32,000 nt of DNA, from NCBI RefSeq assembly GCF_943590815.1, contig NZ_CALSBS010000035.1:1-32000 (forward strand). Reading direction: 5' to 3'. The DNA comes from Pseudocitrobacter vendiensis (GTDB lineage Bacteria > Pseudomonadota > Gammaproteobacteria > Enterobacterales > Enterobacteriaceae). A program made the translations under genes and the position numbers. Positions 27,120-32,000 of this stretch are shown piece by piece (the stretch's first letter is position 1; the number at the start of each line of letters is the position of its first letter). The notes beneath the pieces were generated by a model, which saw only the letters and a list, made by a program, of their open reading frames with translations, searched no databases and was not told where the DNA came from.

Positions 27120-28145
27120 TTGCATTCGATGACCTGACTTACCTGCACGGTAAGCCGCAGGGGAACGGACTGTTGAAAGCCAACCCGGAAGATTTCCTGG
27201 TGGTGGAAGACTTAGGATTTGAGCCTGACGGCGAAGGCGAACACGTTCTGGTGCGCATCCTTAAAAATGGCTGCAATACCCGCTTCGTGGCTGACGCGCT
27301 GGCAAAATTCCTGAAAATTCATGCCCGTGAAGTGAGTTTTGCCGGTCAGAAAGACAAACACGCTGTCACGGAGCAGTGGCTTTGTGCGCGTGTGCCGGGT
27401 AAAGAAATGCCCGATTTAAGTAAGTTCGAGCTGGAAGGCTGTCAGGTGCTGGAGTATGCGCGACATAAGCGTAAACTGCGTTTAGGCGCGCTGAAAGGCA
27501 ATCAGTTCACGATTATTCTGCGCGAAGTCAGCCATCGTGAGGATGTTGACGCCCGCTTGCAGGCGATGAATGCCCAGGGTGTGCCGAACTATTTTGGTGC
27601 TCAGCGTTTTGGTATTGGCGGCAGCAACCTGCAAGGCGCGCTACGCTGGGCCGAAAGCGGTGCGCCGGTGCGCGATCGCAATAAACGCAGTTTTTGGTTG
27701 TCGGCAGCGCGAAGTGCGTTGTTTAATCAGTTGGTGAGCGCGCGCTTACAGAAACCGGAATTTAATCAAGTTGTTGATGGCGATGCGCTACAATTAGCGG
27801 GACGCGGCAGCTGGTTTGTCGCCACGCCTGAAGAAATGCCCGAATTGCAAACGCGAGTGGACGCGCACGAATTGATGATCACCGCGTCAATGCCGGGGAG
27901 TGGCGACTGGGGAACTCAGCGTGAAGCGCTCGCATTTGAACAACTTCAGCTTGCAGAAGAAACCGCGCTCCAGTCGCTGCTGGTGCGCGAAAAAGTAGAG
28001 GCCGCGCGGCGCGCGATGCTGCTCTATCCACAACAGCTTGAGTGGAACTGGTGGGACGACGTAACCGTCGAGTTGCGTTTCTGGCTCCCGGCGGGCAGCT
28101 TTGCGACCAGCGTGGTAAGGGAACTTATCAATACAACAGGTGAAT

Positions 28146-28165
<20 letters not shown>
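27116..28165 (+). CDS. truD: tRNA pseudouridine(13) synthase
   Basis: 349 aa. ATGA overlap with ispF. Collinear with E. coli TruD (..[20 protein letters not shown]..). Confidence 0.96.
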
Positions 28166-29527
<1,362 letters not shown>

Positions 29528-29652
29528 GACCCGGATTTTTCTTAGGTTTTTCGGCACAATTCAGCGTATCGTGGGGAGACTTTGTAAGAGTCCACGATGG
29601 ACGCGACACGGTTATTAACACACTGGCAGTTAACACTATTCCTGGGGGATAA

Positions 29653-30810
29653 ATGAGCGCGGGAAGCCCAAAAATCACCGTACGCCGTGTTGCGGCATTA
29701 TCACTGGTTTCACTCTGGCTGGCAGGCTGTACGTCTTCTGACAATCCGCCGGCGCCGGTAACCTCTGTTAACGGAAACACCTCCAGCAGCACCAATTCCG
29801 GCATGCTCATCACGCCGCAGCAGAAAGCAGGCGCAACGGCGCAAAACAGCGTGCCAGCCACGCCGCAAATCCAACCGGTGCAGCCGGTCCAAACGCAGCC
29901 GACGCAGATTCAGCCGGTCACACAGCAACCTGTTGCTCAGCAACCGGTGCAAATGCAGAACGGTCATATCGTGTATAACCGTAAATACGGCGATATTCCG
30001 AAAGGCAGTTACGCGGGCGGAAGCACCTACACCGTCAAGCATGGCGACACGCTTTTCTATATTGCATGGGTCACTGGTAACGACTTCCGCGACCTTGCGC
30101 AGCGCAACAATGTCGCCGCGCCTTACGCGCTGAATGTCGGTCAGGTGCTGCAGGTTGGTAACGCATCCGGTCAGCCGATCACCGGCAATAATCCTGTTGC
30201 AATCGCCAGCACGCAGGCGGCAACCACTTCTCAGACGGCAGTCGCAAAACCTGCACAAAATTCAACCGTGGCTGTTGCGTCGCAACCAACAATTACGTAT
30301 TCTGAGGATTCAGGTGAACAAAGTGCTAACAAGATGTTGCCTAATAACAAGCCTGCGACGACAGTCACAGCGCCTGTAACAGCACCGGTTGCGAGCTCTT
30401 CCGTACCCAATGCCAGCAGTACGACAACCAGCGAGCCAATTTCGTCCTGGCGCTGGCCAACTGACGGCAAAATCATCGAAGGCTTTGGCGGTTCCGAAGG
30501 GGGCAACAAAGGCATCGATATCGCAGGTAGCAAAGGACAGGCTATCACCGCGACCGCGGATGGTCGTGTTGTGTATGCCGGTAATGCACTGCGAGGTTAC
30601 GGTAACTTAATTATCATCAAACATAACGATGATTACCTGAGCGCCTACGCCCATAACGACACAATGCTGGTCCGGGAACAACAAGAGGTCAAGGCGGGGC
30701 AAAAAATAGCTACCATGGGTAGCACCGGAACCAGTTCGACACGCTTGCATTTTGAAATTCGTTACAAGGGGAAATCCGTAAACCCGCTGCAGTATTTGCC
30801 GCAGCGATAA
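29653..30810 (+). CDS. nlpD: murein hydrolase activator lipoprotein NlpD (LysM plus M23-like domain)
   Basis: 385 aa. Lipobox LWLAGC. Q/P-rich repeat tract ([16 protein letters not shown]...). LysM block [15 protein letters not shown]-terminal M23 domain. By established knowledge, the major rpoS promoter lies inside this gene. Confidence 0.95.
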   Translation: MSAGSPKITVRRVAALSLVSLWLAGCTSSDNPPAPVTSVNGNTSSSTNSGMLITPQQKAGATAQNSVPATPQIQPVQPVQTQPTQIQPVTQQPVAQQPVQMQNGHIVYNRKYGDIPKGSYAGGSTYTVKHGDTLFYIAWVTGNDFRDLAQRNNVAAPYALNVGQVLQVGNASGQPITGNNPVAIASTQAATTSQTAVAKPAQNSTVAVASQPTITYSEDSGEQSANKMLPNNKPATTVTAPVTAPVASSSVPNASSTTTSEPISSWRWPTDGKIIEGFGGSEGGNKGIDIAGSKGQAITATADGRVVYAGNALRGYGNLIIIKHNDDYLSAYAHNDTMLVREQQEVKAGQKIATMGSTGTSSTRLHFEIRYKGKSVNPLQYLPQR

Positions 30811-30916
30811 TTCGGCAGAGTACTAAGCACGGAGTCATTCAGGCGGTGTGAAACGCGCCGTCTGAAGATGAAGTGATAAGGTGCTTTGCCTGGGGATCAC
30901 GGGTAGGAGCCACCTT
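30811..30916 (+). promoter_or_regulatory. distal part of the long rpoS 5' UTR, including the translation-initiation-region hairpin
   Basis: The sequence ends GGGATCACGGGTAGGAGCCACCTTATG, the rpoS translation initiation region as I recall it from E. coli. By established knowledge, this leader is the target of the DsrA/RprA/ArcZ sRNAs and Hfq. Confidence 0.6.
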
Positions 30917-31909
30917 ATGAGTCAGAATACGCTGAAAGTTCATGATTTAAATGAAGACGCGGAATTTGATGAGAACGGAGCAGAGGTTTTCGATGAGAAA
31001 GCCTTAGTAGAAGAGGAACCCAGTGATAACGACCTGGCTGAGGAAGAGCTGTTATCGCAGGGTGCCACACAGCGTGTGCTTGACGCGACTCAGCTTTACC
31101 TTGGAGAGATCGGTTATTCTCCACTGTTAACAGCCGAAGAAGAAGTCTATTTTGCACGTCGTGCATTGCGTGGAGACGTCGCCTCCCGTCGCAGGATGAT
31201 CGAGAGTAACCTGCGCCTGGTGGTAAAAATTGCCCGCCGTTATGGCAATCGTGGTCTGGCATTGCTGGATCTCATTGAAGAGGGCAATCTGGGGCTTATC
31301 CGCGCTGTTGAGAAGTTTGACCCGGAACGCGGGTTCCGCTTTTCAACCTACGCGACCTGGTGGATCCGCCAGACGATTGAACGGGCGATTATGAACCAAA
31401 CCCGTACGATTCGTTTGCCGATTCACATCGTCAAAGAGCTGAACGTCTATTTGCGTACGGCACGTGAGTTGTCCCATAAACTGGACCACGAGCCAAGCGC
31501 AGAAGAGATAGCCGAACAGCTGGACAAACCGGTTGATGACGTAAGCCGTATGCTGCGTCTCAACGAGCGCATTACCTCAGTCGACACGCCGCTGGGCGGA
31601 GACTCTGAAAAAGCGCTGCTGGACATCCTGGCTGATGAAAAGGAAAACGGCCCGGAAGACACCACGCAGGACGATGACATGAAACAGAGCATCGTCAAAT
31701 GGCTGTTCGAACTGAACGCCAAACAGCGTGAAGTGCTGGCACGTCGTTTCGGTTTACTGGGGTATGAAGCTGCAACGCTTGAAGATGTGGGCCGCGAAAT
31801 TGGCCTGACTCGTGAACGCGTTCGTCAGATTCAGGTTGAAGGCCTGCGCCGTCTGCGTGAGATCTTGCAGACTCAGGGGCTGAATATCGAAGCGCTGTTC
31901 CGCGAATAA
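30917..31909 (+). CDS. rpoS: RNA polymerase sigma factor RpoS (sigma-38)
   Basis: 330 aa from [21 protein letters not shown]. Sigma70-family regions 2-4. Virtually identical to E. coli RpoS. The upstream TTG-extended ORF (30881) is not used. Confidence 0.98.
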   Translation: MSQNTLKVHDLNEDAEFDENGAEVFDEKALVEEEPSDNDLAEEELLSQGATQRVLDATQLYLGEIGYSPLLTAEEEVYFARRALRGDVASRRRMIESNLRLVVKIARRYGNRGLALLDLIEEGNLGLIRAVEKFDPERGFRFSTYATWWIRQTIERAIMNQTRTIRLPIHIVKELNVYLRTARELSHKLDHEPSAEEIAEQLDKPVDDVSRMLRLNERITSVDTPLGGDSEKALLDILADEKENGPEDTTQDDDMKQSIVKWLFELNAKQREVLARRFGLLGYEAATLEDVGREIGLTRERVRQIQVEGLRRLREILQTQGLNIEALFRE

Positions 31910-31922
31910 GTGAACATCTGTC

Positions 31923-31958
31923 AAAAAGGCCAGTCGAGAGACTGGCCTTTTTCTTTTT
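31923..31958. terminator. bidirectional rho-independent terminator after rpoS
   Basis: AAAAA-GGCCAGTC-GAGA-GACTGGCC-TTTTTCTTTTT. The A-run upstream and T-run downstream allow termination in both directions. Confidence 0.85.
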
Positions 31959-31969
31959 GGGCAGGTCAT

Positions 31970-32000
31970 TCACCCCATCATTTTCCTCACCAGCCGCGTA
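31970..32000 (-). CDS. possible 3' end of a convergent gene running off the window (..TRLVRKMMG*)
   Basis: A minus-strand frame is open from the window edge to TGA at 31972..31970, just upstream of the bidirectional terminator. Only 10 codons are visible, so it cannot be identified. Confidence 0.2.
   Translation of the reverse strand, partial: TRLVRKMMG

Noticed and set aside
31695-31973. Minus-strand ORFs of 71-92 aa overlapping the rpoS 3' end and its terminator.
   Set aside because: They are antisense to a highly conserved gene and run through the terminator hairpin, with no start context. They are spurious.

Overview
This is an enterobacterial chromosomal segment (Escherichia/Citrobacter/Salmonella-like; proteins are near-identical to what I recall of the E. 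coli orthologues). Gene order is: an AT-rich accessory islet (1-1782) | queE > < queD | cysJIH | a hok/sok-like type I toxin-antitoxin locus | a complete type I-E CRISPR-Cas system (cas3, cse1, cse2, cas7, cas5, cas6e, cas1, cas2, leader, 30-repeat array) | a tRNA-like remnant | < iap | a cysG-like siroheme synthase fused to cysDNC | ygbE-ftsB-ispD-ispF-truD-surE-pcm-nlpD-rpoS. Most of the window is ordinary conserved core genome. The main finding is in the 443-bp cas3-cse1 intergenic region. On the strand antisense to the cas genes sit two degenerate CRISPR repeats whose hairpins are kept by compensatory base changes. They flank a 26-nt spacer (32 minus 6). That spacer matches a site about 50 bp away, in the same intergenic region. 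The site has a canonical type I-E ATG PAM, 18 of the 21 PAM-proximal positions match, and two of the three mismatches fall on positions 6 and 12, which do not pair in Cascade. This is the architecture expected for a crRNA-like, Cascade-guiding autoregulatory RNA (CreA/CreR-like), possibly controlling the cse1 operon promoter and/or a small hydrophobic ORF downstream. It is a hypothesis from sequence only. Other observations: triplicated small membrane proteins around a 263-aa unknown protein in the AT-rich islet; a repeat-variant switch, a tandemly duplicated spacer and decaying terminal repeats in the array; a tRNA-like element with an abnormal anticodon loop; and a cysG paralogue with an altered NAD-binding glycine motif.
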